From assembly GCF_001194135.2 (NCBI RefSeq), contig NC_068997.1, positions 30,497,495 to 30,561,341 on the forward strand: DNA of 63,847 nt, given 5' to 3'. The translations under genes were made by a program, and so were the position numbers. Positions 1 to 13,550 of the stretch are shown here, piece by piece. The notes below the pieces were generated by a model, which saw only the letters and a program-made list of their open reading frames with translations, was not told the origin of the DNA and ran no database searches. The stretch comes from Octopus bimaculoides. Lineage: Eukaryota. Numbering within the stretch: position 1 is the stretch's first letter; every line of letters begins with the position of its first letter.

Positions 1-391
1 GTGGAACCTGAAGACTAAAACAATACCCTGGGAATGACAGCGAAACGGGCTGATTGCTACCTAGCTCAGATACCAGGAAACCCCAAAATGGCTGAAGTTC
101 AAAAGATAGTGCTCATGGGAACTGCCCATATCCTACGTAAAATACTGTCTATGCGATCTCAAATTTTAAAACAAACATAATTTTCTTATGGTTTCTTAAA
201 CATTCTCCAGTACAAATCCAAATGTGCAAATCCAAATATATGGTATGTACAAATCCAAATATATGGTACCCTAGGCATAACACCTACATGAACTTCTAAC
301 TTGTTGTCTCTTGAGGTCTCTGGGTGAGACTTGGATCCAACTTGTACAAATGCAAAACAAAAGTCAAACATAAAATAATAATAATAATAAT
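1..391 (+). mobile_element. 3' end of an R4/Dong-type (RLE) non-LTR retrotransposon with (TAA)n tail
   Basis: 1-150 reads WNLKTKTIP...VQKIVLMGTAHILRKIL, the C-terminus typical of RLE LINEs. It is followed by a 3' UTR ending in taataataataataa at about 375-391. Confidence 0.75.
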
Positions 392-1610
392 GACTTACAA
401 ATACCTTGGAATAAATGAGGGCTCTGGCATTCGGCATGCAAGCATGAAAGAGAACATCAGGAAGGAATGTTACAGCAGAGGTTGAGCACTCCTAAAATAC
501 CAGTTAAATGTACATAACAAGGTATTAGCTACAAATTCCTTAGCAGTTCCAGTTGTTATTTAGTTTCAATGTTTTGAACTGGAATATGAGCAAAATAAGG
601 AAAACTGACAGGAAAATCTGTAAACTGCTGACTTACAATAAGATAAACCACCCAAAGGCAGATGCAGATCGTCTTTACCTACCCAGAGCTCAAGCACATC
701 GAGCCTTGATCCAATTTGAAATCTCTAATGAAACCATTACAACTGAACTGGCAAAAAGCTCATTGAAAACCACAAGAGATATAAGAAGCGTCATTCTGAT
801 ATGAAGGAGAGCAAAAACTTTGCTAGTGAATTTATGCAAAATACCCAAGTTGAACATCATGATGGAAGTGAGACCACAGAAGCTGCAAAGAAGGTTAAAT
901 CAACAGCAAAGCAGAATGTGTTTAAACAATTGGTTGATAGGGGAAACAAAAACCCCTGCAAAGCAAATATATGACCTGTAGCTCACTATTCAGTGGCTAC
1001 CGAGCTTAGGACTAAAAGCAGTGAGTGAAGGCTTTATCTTGGATGCTCAAGATCAGAGCTTATTGACCTGGAACTATGAAGCCAATGTGATAAAAAATAG
1101 AGTAAACCCAAAGTGCCAATTCTGCAACAATGGGATTGAAACAGCGTACCACCTAATCTCTGAGTGTAAGGTTTTAGCACCTGTAGAGTACAAATCCAGA
1201 CATGACAGAGTTGGCCAATATCTAAACTGGATAATGTGTCAGCATTATAAAATCAAAACTGCTGAGAAATGGTACAGGTATCACCCTGAGGCTGTAACTG
1301 AGAGAGAAAATGTAGCGATTCTTTGGGACTTTCCAGTATGTACAGATTGGACCATCAAATCAAATAAACCAGATCTTGTTGTAAAAGACCAAAACAGTAA
1401 AGTTTGTTTATTGATTGACATGAACATACCTTGTGACCATAATAACTTGGTGAAAGAATTTTATGAGCTCAGAGAACATAAAGATTTGCTAATCGAAATC
1501 GAAAAGATGTGGCATCCCAAGACAGCTTGGAATGATTAAAAAAAGGAACTGGAAATTATTTAAGAATGATCCCTGGCTTACCATCCATACAGGAAATGCA
1601 AAATCTGTAT
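392..1610 (+). mobile_element. 5'-truncated, decayed R4/Dong-type RLE LINE (RT thumb, CCHC knuckle, restriction-like endonuclease)
   Basis: YKYLGINEGSG at about 398, HPKADADRLYLPR at about 650, CQFC...TAYHLISEC zinc knuckle and KPDLVVKD...LLIDMNIP (PD-D/ExK) in ORF 1021-1539. Contains stops and frameshifts. Confidence 0.85.
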
Positions 1611-1699
1611 GTTTGTTACAATCACTTGCCGAGACACACCCAGCGTCCTAGGGTGAGTGAAGAATAAGAGATGTTACATTATATATGACTGAAAGCTTG

Positions 1700-2831
1700 G
1701 GGAAGGGAAGTGGCAGGGGCAGTAACAAAATATCTCCATGTAATACAACACAGACATTTGAATTGATGGGGTTTTGCTAAAGGTAGTGGAAGTAGCTGTC
1801 AGCACAGACTTTTGAATATTTTTGAGACATGTGTCTTCTGAGATGTTGTCTAGATGTTTCTGACATCCCTTTTTTCCTTCATCATATCTAGGGCACCTAC
1901 AATAACACAAACAGATTTTACTTGGACATGCTACATCTTTTATATTTCCAAATTCTTATATTTACTTAGTTTTGTCAAATTCCTTTACATATATATTTTC
2001 ATCACTGGGAACACATACACCTGTTAGTCTACAAGTATTTCTACCCTGTCTTTACTAATTATGCCTGCTCATTTAGCCTAGATAGTTTTGTCACTGTGGC
2101 CTGGAAAATACCAGAGAGCAGTAATATTTTTGCCTTCAATGAGTTACTCAGTATGGCGTTCATACTGCTTAGTAGGATTGCCAATGTTGTAGTGTTTTCA
2201 TATTTTTTTATGTAAATACTGTTTTACCCTAGTGTGCTGATTTTTGTATTTGCTTGGTATCAGCACAGAACATCTACAAATGAGATGGTTTATGTTGTCT
2301 TCAAATGTGTTGCAACATTTAGTGCCAGTACTGTTTTGAAGAATGTTAGCTTGGTAGTTTCTGGTAACTAAGCTTTGATGTTGTGCTGCCAATATAAAAC
2401 CTTCAGTCTCTGTATTCAGTCCTGAACATCTCAGCCTTTGATTAGTTGTTGCTTGGTCTACATCAGCATTTTGACTTCGATGGAGGGACTTCTGGCTCCA
2501 CTGCTCCACTGTTCTTGCCCTTTATATTTTTTACAGTCTACTTGATTTGTTTGGCTTGTTTGGTAGCAGTGGTTTCAGGTTCTTCATCTGGTTCTCGACT
2601 AATACCAAGTTTTCTTGCAAACTTATAAGCTTCCTTGATAATAAAATGTGACCTTTTGCTACTTTCATATTTGCACACAAGTTGCAGCATCCATTCTTCT
2701 GTACTAGGTAAGCACTTGTTCATTCCTAAAGTGGAGGTCTTATAACACAGTTCTAATTACATCATACCTCTTCCCCTACTGCTCTGCTTCTAGATAAGGA
2801 CAGACAGTCTACATCTACCTTTGGGTAGTGC
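1700..2831 (-). mobile_element. Decayed R4/Dong-type RLE LINE, 3' part (minus strand)
   Basis: Minus-strand peptides HYPKVDVDCLSLSR, ETEGFILAAQHQSLVTRNYQANIL and KKGCQKHLDNIS...IQKSVL are homologous to the + copies at 1-1610. Confidence 0.8.
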
Positions 2832-3207
2832 ATGTTCTCAGATGTCAATAATTTGAAGACCGCAAATTCATTCGTGTTAAATGTTGACAGAGTTATAAGA
2901 GAACTTGAGCGGGAACAAACTTTTAAATACCCCGGAATAAATGAAAGTTCTGGCATTCAGCATGAAAGCAGAAAGAGAAGATCAGTGAGGAATGTTACAA
3001 GAGTGTTCAAGCAGTCCTGAAATCTGAGCCAAATGCACGTAACAAGATGTTAGCTACAAATTGCTTAGCAGTTCTAGTCATTCTTTATAATTTCTATTTG
3101 TTGAACTGGAATATCAGCGAAATAAAGAAAATTAACAGGAAAATCCATAAGCTGCTGACTTGCAATAAGATGCATCACCCAAAGGCAGATACAGATCATC
3201 TTTACTA
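2832..3207 (+). mobile_element. Inverted upstream segment of the same RLE LINE family (RT thumb)
   Basis: FKYPGINESSGIQH...KMHHPKADTDHLY; aligns by eye to 395-680. Confidence 0.75.
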
Positions 3208-3409
3208 GTTGGTTTCAAAATGGCTTCATCCACAAAAACCAGGAGTTATCATAATCATCATACTCATCATCATCATCATTATGCCTTTCATCCTTTTGGG
3301 GGTAATCAGTAAATTAAATACTAGTTGCATACTGCATGTTGATCAAATCGACTGGTCCCCTTCCCCCAAAATTTCAGGAAAAGAGTCACTTGAGTCATTA
3401 TGATTCATA

Positions 3410-3870
3410 AAGGAACCCACACATTGACAAGAGAGATGAGTTCTTACATTACCACCATGAAACCGTCTCTGAATGAAGAACTTTGCTACTATTTGTTCAA
3501 GAGATGCAAGAGATAAATTCTAACAGCCACAATAAAGAATTGCTTGGTGAAGACGAAGAAGCTCAAGAATGCTCTGCATCTTCTCAGATGTAAAGAAATT
3601 CTACCAGGATACATTGCACAACACCCAGAACAAACAGTGGCTTACCTACAATACATATGACATACTCTGCATCATGAATGCCAAGCTCCTCCAAACTTTG
3701 ATGCTCTTTGGGTGTATCATCAGTGAGGGTGATGTCATGCCACCCTACACTTTTGAACAGGATCTTAGACACAATTCAGATGGTTATGTGAAGCTACCAG
3801 AGACTATAATCAAAACTTGTCTGAAGAGGGATGTTGCTGGAAGGCCAAGTCCATGACAGTAGGATTCAGG
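3410..3870 (+). mobile_element. Tc1/mariner superfamily, maT-like (DD37D) transposase fragment
   Basis: FSDVKKFYQD...MLFGCIISEGDVMPPYTFEQDLRHNSDGYVKL...VAGRP, homologous to 16330-16548. Confidence 0.75.
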
Positions 3871-3954
3871 TTTGAGAGCCAGCTAGAAGCCATGATGAAA
3901 GCTAGATGCAGCTGCTTCAAGTGGATTTTGAGTTATCTCCCAGGCCATATATAG

Positions 3955-4200
3955 TTTTTTTGTTTTACATGTTTCAGTCATCAAATTGCAGCCATGCTAG
4001 GGCAGCACATTGAAGAATATCAGTCAAGTGAATTGACCCCAGTACTTATTTTTTAAAGCCTGATATCTTTTCTATCAGTCACTTCTGCTGAACTGCTATG
4101 TTATGGGGATGTAAATACACTAACACTAGTTGTCAAGCAGTAAGGGACAGAAACAAACCTCAAGACACAAACATATAAATGTATACACACACACACACAC
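3955..4200 (-). mobile_element. 3' half of an octopus-type SINE
   Basis: Similar to 48120-48335 (gtttcagtcat..gactgc.gccatgct, ttatggggatgtaaa.acac, gttgtcaagc). Confidence 0.65.
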
Positions 4201-4224
4201 ATGTGTGTGTGCGTGTGTGTGTGT

Positions 4225-4527
4225 ATGCCAGTGCTGCCTGACTGGATCCTGTGCCGGTGACATGTAAAAAGCACCATCAGAACGTGATTGATGCCAGTAC
4301 TCCTGACTGGCTCTTGTGCTGGTGGCACATAAAAAGCACCCTCTACACTCTCAGAGTGATTGGCATTAGGAAGAGCATTCAGCTGTAGAGATCTTGCCAG
4401 ATCACATTGGAGCCCGGTGCAGTCTACTAGCTTGCCAGCCCTCAGTCAAATCATCCAACCTATGCCAGTACAGAAAGCAGATGTTAACTGATGATTATGA
4501 TGATAATGATGATGATGATGATGATAT
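4225..4527 (+). mobile_element. RTE-type 3' UTR (or SINE sharing it) with (GAT)n tail
   Basis: Two ~65-bp gccagt...actgg units, then cactctcagagtg.ttggcattaggaag.gcat.cagctgtaga and a gatgatgat tail. The same tail is attached to RT-coding copies elsewhere in the window. Confidence 0.75.
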
Positions 4528-4659
4528 GACAGGCTTCTTTCAGTTTCCATTCACCAAATCCATTCACAAAGCTTTGGTCAGCTTCAGGCTGACCAAAGTG
4601 GAAGACACTTGCTGAAGGTCCCAAGACTAAACCCATAACCAACACCAGCAGTGTTACTA

Positions 4660-5210
4660 AGTTTTGGGTTGAGTTGTAAATAATTTCCGTTAAAACACCT
4701 ACTCATTAAAAATTTTACAAATATTTACAATTATCAATATTGTAGCCATTATTTTGAATGAACTCCTTCCAATTTAGCAGGTAGCTTTTTTGATTCCACT
4801 AAGAAAAATTCAGCTGGCTTCGACATGAAGAAGATTTCCACATATGTTTTTACCTGATCTTCTTAAGAAAATTATTTTCCTCATCAAAGTATTTTGTAGA
4901 GGCAAAAAAATGGAAATTAGCTGGTGCAAGGCCTGGTGAATATGGTGGATGGGGTTGAACAGACCAGCCCAAAGCCAATATTTTATTCTGCATGATTCTT
5001 ACTGAATGTGGTCTTGCATTATCATGGAGAAGCACAACATTTCTCCTATTGATGAGTGCAGGGTAATTTCTTAAAATATTTCCATGCACACATTGCAGAT
5101 TTTGAGAGTATAAGTTGGTATTTAGGGTTTGATTGCAGTTTAAATTCAAAATGAATAATACAGTCGTGATCCCACCATATAAACAACATAACCTTCTTTC
5201 CATGGAACTC
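4660..5210 (-). mobile_element. Mariner (DD34D) transposase C-terminal fragment
   Basis: VVLLHDNARPHS...WSVQPHPPYSPGLAPANFHFF in minus ORF 4850-5446. Confidence 0.8.
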
Positions 5211-5287
5211 AGCCTTTGAGGTAGGTTGTTGAACACACCCACATGACTGAAGGTGAACAAATTACAATAAGAACTGAGAGAAATGTC

Positions 5288-5290
5288 AAT

Positions 5291-5321
<31 letters not shown>

Positions 5322-5395
5322 GATGTGGAAATTTCATAAACAACAATAACAGCAGCAGCAACAACAGCAGTTGTTGGAATTTCAGAAGCAACAGC
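5288..5395 (+). repeat. (AAC/CAG)n trinucleotide tract within the Gypsy gag 5' region
   Basis: Runs of aacaacaac and cagcagcagcaacaacagcag seen directly. Confidence 0.85.
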
Positions 5396-7884
5396 GACTG
5401 TTAGTACAATAGATGTAGAAGAAAACAGAAAACATATGTGGTTCATTCACTCCTGACAGTGTTGCAAACTTGATTGGAGAGTTTGCACATAACCCAAAGG
5501 GGGAGTACATATCTAATCTGCTTACTTTCAAAAGTATGAGGAAATATTTAGAGAAGAATGCTGTGACTGGCAAGATGCAAAAACCCTGACTTTTGTTGAG
5601 AAAGTTGGTACCTGCTGAGCATGAGAAATATTGAAGTTACATATTGCCAATGAAACTGGATGAAGTCTGACTTGAAGAAACAGTGAATACTGCATCTAGG
5701 ATTTTCAGTGAAAAGAGATCTTTATTTAATATGCACTGGTAATGCATGAATATTACAAAAAAGAAGATGAAAATTTAATTACATATGATAGAATTAGGAA
5801 TAGGGAATGCGCGAGACCTAAAATTAATGAACTAACACCAGATGTATTTAATCTTCATGTAAGGTTTAATGGCAAAGAAAGATGCCAAAATTCGTGACTG
5901 AATTCTGACTAAATTAGAGCAGAATCAAAAGCTAACACTACTAGAAATATTCGATGGACACCAGAGAATGATAAACCTAAGGATGAAACAAACTGAAGTG
6001 AGAAACTTTTCTCATATGCAGTCGATACAACTGAAAGTAAGAAATGAAATGCAGAAAATTAATCCATGTTTTGGATGTGGAGAATTAGATTACAGATTTG
6101 ACTGTCCTTATAATAATTGAAAATGCTTTAAGTGTAATAAGATAGGTCATAAAAAAATAACATTGTAAAACAAAACCTAGAAAATATTTCAACAGAAAAA
6201 AATCATATAAACAGGTTATCGGCGACAAGAGATACAAATGTGACTCAAAGGAAATTTGTGTATGTAAAAAATCAATAATACAAATGTAAAATTAATGAAA
6301 ACACATAGAAAACAATTGGGAAACCTACACTACAGGAAAACCTTGAAGATTGCACGTGGACTTTTGGGGAAGAAATTAATTTTCAAAAATGAAATTATTT
6401 GTAATGTTACATTTCAGGGTATGACTATAAAGGTGAAAGCTTATGTATTAACAAATGCAAACAACCTTTTTTGTAACTGACTGGATGGAACTGTTCTACT
6501 TATGGTATTTACCCATAAATAATTTTTATAAAAATGTAATGGGGTTGTGTGTCAGATCTAATACAAAGTCAGATCACTTTAAAAGGAAGTGAAAAGGTTG
6601 TTCCCCAATGACTTTCGAATGAGTTGGGTCAGTGCAATAAATTTAAAGCCCAAATTCATTACCAGTTTTCAAACCCAAATGTAATGTACCATTTGGAGAA
6701 GTAGAACAAGTGACTGGTGCAAGTAATTAAGCAATTAGACAGACTGGAAAAAATAAGAGTAATTGAAAAAATCAACTATTCAGATTGTGTGTTTCCAACA
6801 GTGTAAGTAAAATAGAAAATAAAATTCGGGTATGTGCACATTTTTCGACGTAATTAAACGAATCTTCAAAACAGTATTACCTAACCCAAAGGAAATCTCA
6901 AAATTTAATGGTCGAAAATTCTTCTTGCAATTAGATCTTTCTGATGTTTACTTACAAATACAAGTGGAAGACAAATGTACTAAGCTACTAACAATAAATA
7001 TTCATAAAGGTCTGTACAAGTTTAACCAGCTCCCGTTTGGCATAAAAGTTGCTCCAGATATATTCCAGCAAGTGTTGAATGTGATACTCACAGATTGTGA
7101 CTTTATGATAGCCTACCTGGATGATATATTAATTAAAAGGGAATCCTGAGATCAGGATGTTGAGCATATAAAATGTATTTTTGGAAAAAGTAAGAGACTA
7201 CAGTTTCAAACCAGGTGAAGAGAAATGCAAATTTTTCTTGCCTAAAATTAAGTACTCAGAGCAAATTATTGGTAAGAATAGTTGTCTACCGGATCCATTG
7301 AGGGCAGAGGCGATTAGAAATATGCCCCTTTAACAAATATATCTACTCTACAAACATTTTTGGGATTATTATCAGATTTATATACCAAATATACATAAGG
7401 TAAGAGCTCTGCTAAATAATTTACTAAAAAGAGATGTAAAGTGGAATTGGTCTGAAACTTGTCAGAAGGCATCTGATGAAATTAAAAAGATATTAATGTC
7501 AGATTTGTCATTAACACTTTTTGATCCTGCATAGTAAATAATATTAGCTTCAGATGCCAGTGAATGCAGTATCAAAGCAGTAAGTCTACATAAATACAAG
7601 GATGGTAACATGATGGCTGTGAGCCATGCTTTGCATTCTCTGCAGCCAGCAGAGAAAAATTACAGCCAAACTGAAAAAGAAGCACTAATGATTGTTTGCA
7701 ACATAAAAAAAAAAAATTCACAGATTCTTACATGGTACAAGTTTGTGACTACAGACTGACCATCGTCTGTTATCTATATATGGGTTGAAGAAAGGAATCC
7801 TTACCCATACTACTAAAAGGTTGCAATGCTGCGGTACTATATTACTAAATTACTATTTTAAGATGGAGTTTCTACCATCTAAGT

Positions 7885-10800
7885 CAGACATGTCAAACTC
7901 TTGGCCCACGGGCTACTTTCAGCCCATAGGCCACTACCAGCTCATGCAACAATTTCATCTGGCCCGCGAAACCATTTTCATATCAGCATGAAATTGGTCC
8001 AAATGATGGCATCAGCAAATAAAGTACTTTGTTGCCCTCAGCTACACCCCTGCCTTCTAATTACAACTACACATACATGGTGTGTAGCTAAAGCAGGCCA
8101 TTACATTATATATAGAACTAACTGCACTACCTTTCTTATTAAGGGTGTCACCACACAACTAGAAACAATACCACTGTAACTATTACACCCTATTTGAACA
8201 AAACACTCATTAAAGAGGCATGATACGATAGTCACAAGTCTTAATTGTAACTGTAACAAAGTTTGCTGGGAAACGCTTCCTTCAATTCTCTAATTACATG
8301 TTGTGAAGTGCTGATGATGCAAAATATACTAATCCCATATTGCACCACAACAGCCACCTAACTGCTCTTTCGAGTGATCATTTTCACATGACGTCATTCA
8401 GTAGTAATAGCTAGCTATATCACAGGCCAAGAGAAAAGTCGATGCTGAAAACAGAGCCTTTCAAATCCGGTGGGAAACCGAGTACATGTTTACTGACATT
8501 GATGGCAAATCCGTATGTCTCAGTAGTGGCTCTAATGTTACTTTACTTAAAGAGTATAATCTCAAATGCCACTATGAGACAAGACAATCAGGACAAGTAT
8601 AAATACCACACTGCTGAACAGGATCAACGACAGGTAGACGAGTTGAAGAGGAATCTCAAATTACAACCAAAGCAAAATCACAAAGTGAAACTGCTGTTAA
8701 AGCAAGCTTTATTGTGGCAGAGGAGATTGCAAAATCATCCCGGCCATTTATCGAAGGAGAGTTTATGAAGAGCTGTATGATGAAAATGTGCGACGTTTTG
8801 TGTCCAGACAGAAGCAACTGTTTGCTAATGTGAGTAATAACAGAAATACGATTGGTGATCGGGTGTGTGAGATGGCCACTAATTTGAAAACACAGTTGAT
8901 TGAAAAAGGAAAAGATTTTGTTGCATACTCTCTTTCTGTGGATGAGACTACTGACACGACTGATAGGGCACAGCTAGCTATCTTCATCCGTGTTGTAGAC
9001 TCCAATTTGTTCGTATTGGAGGAAATTTTGGACATTAAATCGATGCACGGGACAACAGAAAAATCTTTGAAAAATTATGTCAGAGTGTAACTGACAAACT
9101 TAGGATAAACTTGTTGGACTTACAACAGATGGAGCACCAATGATGTGTGGTGAAAATGTGGGCTAGCAGGTAGGATACATTTAAAGATCCAAGAAGAAGA
9201 ACTTTGCTAATGAGTTGACAACATATTACTGCATTATACACCAGGAAACACAGTGTGCTAAAGCCTTAAAAATGGAACAATGTAATGAGCACTGTAATGC
9301 AAACCATCAACTTTATCTGAGTCAAAGGGTTAAATCACTGCCAATTTCAGTCTTTCCTGTGGGAAATACATTCAGAGTTCAGTGATGTGCCTTATCATAC
9401 ATAGGTGCAGTGGCTCAGTTTGGGAACGGTTCTCAATATAGTTTTGGGTTGGTTGAGGAGATATGTCAGTTCATGGACAGTAAAGGAAAAGAATCCAAAG
9501 TTCTGCAGGATGAAAAGTGGAAATGCGAGTTGGTGTTTCTGGTTGACATAACTGTACATCTCAATGTTCTAAACATCTAGCTCCAGGGACAGGATAGCAT
9601 GGTCTGTGACATGTATGATGCAATAAAGGCATTTCAAATGAAACTGCACTTATGGGAGACACAAATACACCATTTGAATTCTCTGTTGCCAAGTAATGTT
9701 GAATCACATCAGAGCTACAGTGTTCCCAAAGCAACACTTTGCTGATAAACTGAGTGTGCTCCGCACTGAATTCGCATAGCGCTTTAGTGATTTTGAAGCA
9801 CAGAAAAATAATTTTCGAGCTGCTTCACAATCCATTTGCCGTCAATGTGGAAACTGCACCTGTACAGATTCAAATGGAGCTGATAGAACTGCAGTATATT
9901 GGGACATTAAAANNNNNNNNNNNNNNNNNNNNNNNNNNNNNNNNNNNNNNNNNNNNNNNNNNNNNNNNNNNNNNNNNNNNNNNNNNNNNNNNNNNNNNNN
10001 NNNNNNNNNNNNNNNNNNNNNNNNNNNNNNNNNNNNNNNNNNNNNNNNNNNNNNNNNNNNNNNNNNNNNNNNNNNNNNNNNNNNNNNNNNNNNNNNNNNN
10101 NNNNNNNNNNNNNNNNNNNNNNNNNNNNNNNNNNNNNNNNNNNNNNNNNNNNNNNNNNNNNNNNNNNNNNNNNNNNNNNNNNNNNNNNNNNNNNNNNNNN
10201 NNNNNNNNNNNNNNNNNNNNNNNNNNNNNNNNNNNNNNNNNNNNNNNNNNNNNNNNNNNNNNNNNNNNNNNNNNNNNNNNNNNNNNNNNNNNNNNNNNNN
10301 NNNNNNNNNNNNNNNNNNNNNNNNNNNNNNNNNNNNNNNNNNNNNNNNNNNNNNNNNNNNNNNNNNNNNNNNNNNNNNNNNNNNNNNNNNNNNNNNNNNN
10401 NNNNNNNNNNNNNNNNNNNNNNNNNNNNNNNNNNNNNNNNNNNNNNNNNNNNNNNNNNNNNNNNNNNNNNNNNNNNNNNNNNNNNNNNNNNNNNNNNNNN
10501 NNNNNNNNNNNNNNNNNNNNNNNNNNNNNNNNNNNNNNNNNNNNNNNNNNNNNNNNNNNNNNNNNNNNNNNNNNNNNNNNNNNNNNNNNNNNNNNNNNNN
10601 NNNNNNNNNNNNNNNNNNNNNNNNNNNNNNNNNNNNNNNNNNNNNNNNNNNNNNNNNNNNNNNNNNNNNNNNNNNNNNNNNNNNNNNNNNNNNNNNNNNN
10701 ATATATATATATATATATATATATACATACAACTCTGTGGGGCCCACTGAGTTCACTCGCTTCATACCTGAAGCAATGCTCCACCTCCGTTTACATTCAA

Positions 10801-10921
10801 CTTGAATGCTGTCTTTGTTTGGAAGCACATATCTGTGTGAGCAGCTGTTCTCTGTGATGAAGATAAAACGTAGTGTGCTTTGAGTTTTGGCCCTCCTGCA
10901 CAATTGAGTTTGATACCTCTG
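7885..10921 (+). mobile_element. hAT DNA transposon, Buster/SPIN (GTF2IRD2-like) type, decayed
   Basis: TIRs cagacatgtcaaactc and gagtttgatacctctg (13/16 match). 8-bp TSD atctaagt/atctaaat with central TA. Transposase remnants KRKVDAENRAFQIRWETEYMF, YSLSVDETTDTTDRAQLAIFIRVVD and MLSLFGSTYLCEQLFSVMK. Spans the N-gap at 9913-10700. Confidence 0.9.
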
Positions 10922-11484
10922 ATCTAAATCATTAGGACATGCTGATTGTTTATCAAGACTGATACCAAAAAGTACTGAACCGTTTGAGGATACCATGATT
11001 GCAACATTGCAAACAGAAAAAGAAATTTAAAATATTTTATGCAAAGTTGTATGAGAATTACCAGTTACATTAGAAGGAATCAAACTAAAATGGAATTTAT
11101 CAAAAATATGAAAGGAATTTTGAGTACTGAAAAAAAAACTATGTGCTTTACACAGCACAATACAAATTCGAACCTGCTCTAAATTTGTGACAATGTGTCA
11201 CTGTACACACTAAAAGCAGTTGTGCTGGCTACAATACAAGAATGAATACTAGAATTTCACATTGGTGACCTGGGGATTTCAAGAATGAAATCATTGATGA
11301 GAAGCTATGTGTACTAGCCAAGAATGGACTGAGAGATTGAAGAACTAGTCAAAGCATGCAGAGGCTGTGCTCTACCAGCAAAATTACCTACCACAATTGA
11401 CAAATATAGCCAAAATCAGATATCCCATGATTCAGACTGCATATGCAGGTCCACTTAATGTTTCACATTACCTTGTTGTGATTG

Positions 11485-13550
11485 TGTTGTGGAAGGATTC
11501 CAACCATCCCAAAAGTAATCAAAGATGGACTATGTCATTGTTATAAAGCAAAGAACTGTGAGCAATTGATAGTTCTTGTTGGTAGTAATAGTAGTGCATC
11601 ATGTATATACTTTCTTCCTGCCTGCTTCACTATATTATATATCCAATATAAGGATATGAAAGTGCCAACGATTTGTTTGAAGATTGTGTTGGACGTTTAA
11701 AAAGTTTTCTTTTTGGTACAAAACCAAAGAAAAATATCAGTTAACATGGAAAAGTTATTGGCCTCCGTGGTGCACTTGCTACAGCAACAACAACACCAAC
11801 AGTTGCTGGAATTAATGTTGAAGAAGTTTGAAAATACTTTAGGTTCTTACTCACGAGACAACTTAGCAAACTCAATTGAAAAATTCAGCTATAATCCAGA
11901 TGGGATTACCTTCTCAGCATATGTTCGTTGATATGAAGAAATCTTCAAAGAAAAGTGGAAGAGTTGGTCCAACAAGAAAAAAAGTACAACTACTTTTAAG
12001 AAAGTTATCCCCTGGCCAAACTGGAAAAATATAGTAATTATATTCTAGTGAAGAAACCAGGTGAGATTTTGTTCTGATGAAACAATTTGCAGTGAAAGAA
12101 GTTCTCTGTTCAGTACTTGCTGGCAATGTTCAAATTTGGTCAAAAAAGATGAAGATTTTATCACTTAGGCCAGAGTAGTTAACTGAGTGTGAGAAATTCA
12201 AATCGAATGAGTTAACTCCAGACATATTCAAGTGTTTAATATTTATTCAAGGGATTACTGCAAATAAAGATGCAGATATACATTCCTGGACATTAACAAA
12301 ATTAGAAGAGGACCAAAATTTAACTCTACAGGCAACAGCAGAAGATTGTCAAAAGATTATTAATCTACGGCATGATGCAAATAAAACTGAAGAGAAAGAT
12401 TGTTCTCAGATTCAAGCATGTCAACTGGTAACGAATAAGAAACAAGAGAAAAATATCAATGTTATGGGTGCGACAGTCTACATTTAAAAAATATAAAATG
12501 CTTCAAGTGTGGTAAAATAGGTCATAAAATGTTGCATTGTAGAAGAGAGCCTAAGAAACGGTTCAAGAGAAAAGTTGGTGAGAAAAAATACGAACAAACC
12601 TCAAAGAAAATTTGTGTATGTAAAAGTTAAAAACACAAACGTAAATTTACAATTGGATACAAGCAGCAACATCTCAATAATTAACACCGATACATGGTAA
12701 AAGATCAGAAGACCTAAATTAAATGGAACTTCGAAAATTGCCCATGGCATTTCAGGAAAAAAATTATATTTTAAGGGTGAATTGATTAGTAACATTACAT
12801 TTTGTAAAAAAAAGCTTAAAAGCTAAAGTTTTTGTGTTAAATAATGCAACAAACTTGTTTGGTACTGACTGGATGGAATTATTTAACTTATAGGAACTTC
12901 CTATAAATCTTTTCAGTAAAAGGTGAATGGTTTCTCCTCTAGTACGAATAAGTTGTCAGACAAATTGAAAAAAAAATGTTCATATTTTTCCTGAACTTCT
13001 CTCTGATAAATTAGGTCTGTGTATCAAAACAAAGGCATAGTTTCAAATACAGGAAAACACCGTGCTGACATTTAAACAAAAACAAACTGTACTGTTTGCA
13101 GCATTAGAACAAATAAGCTTAGAGTTAGAGACACTAGAACAATTTGGAGTTATCCAAAAATTGGAATAGAGTCAATGGGCATCATCAACTATGCACATTA
13201 AGAAAACGAATATTGGATCAGAGCGCATGCTGATTTTTACCCTGGAATTGAACCCTAAGCATAAGAAATATTAAAACTCGGAATGGAGTTCAATTCTCAA
13301 AAGGGAAGAAGGAGAGACTGATTCTAAACAGGGGAGATGTTGTGGAAATATGCCGACCCCACCCCAAGTAACTAAATGTGGACTGTGTCATTGTTATAAA
13401 ACAAAGAACTGTGTGCAATTGGCAGCAGTTCACTGTGAGCCTTTGCTATAGAATGTTGAGTCTCGTGAAATAGTAATATAAGCATGCTGTGTATATACTT
13501 TCTTCCCCCTGCTTTGTTACATTATATGTTCAATACAATGATTTAAAACA
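11485..13550 (+). mobile_element. Internally deleted (non-autonomous) Gypsy LTR element nested in the outer integrase
   Basis: Direct repeats tgttgtggaa...ggact.tgtcattgttataaa.caaagaactgtg.gcaattg at 11485 and 13338, with PPT aaacaggggaga before the second. Internal gag, knuckles, protease and only the start of RT. The flanks rejoin as YLVVI/VDSFSK of the host integrase. Confidence 0.8.
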
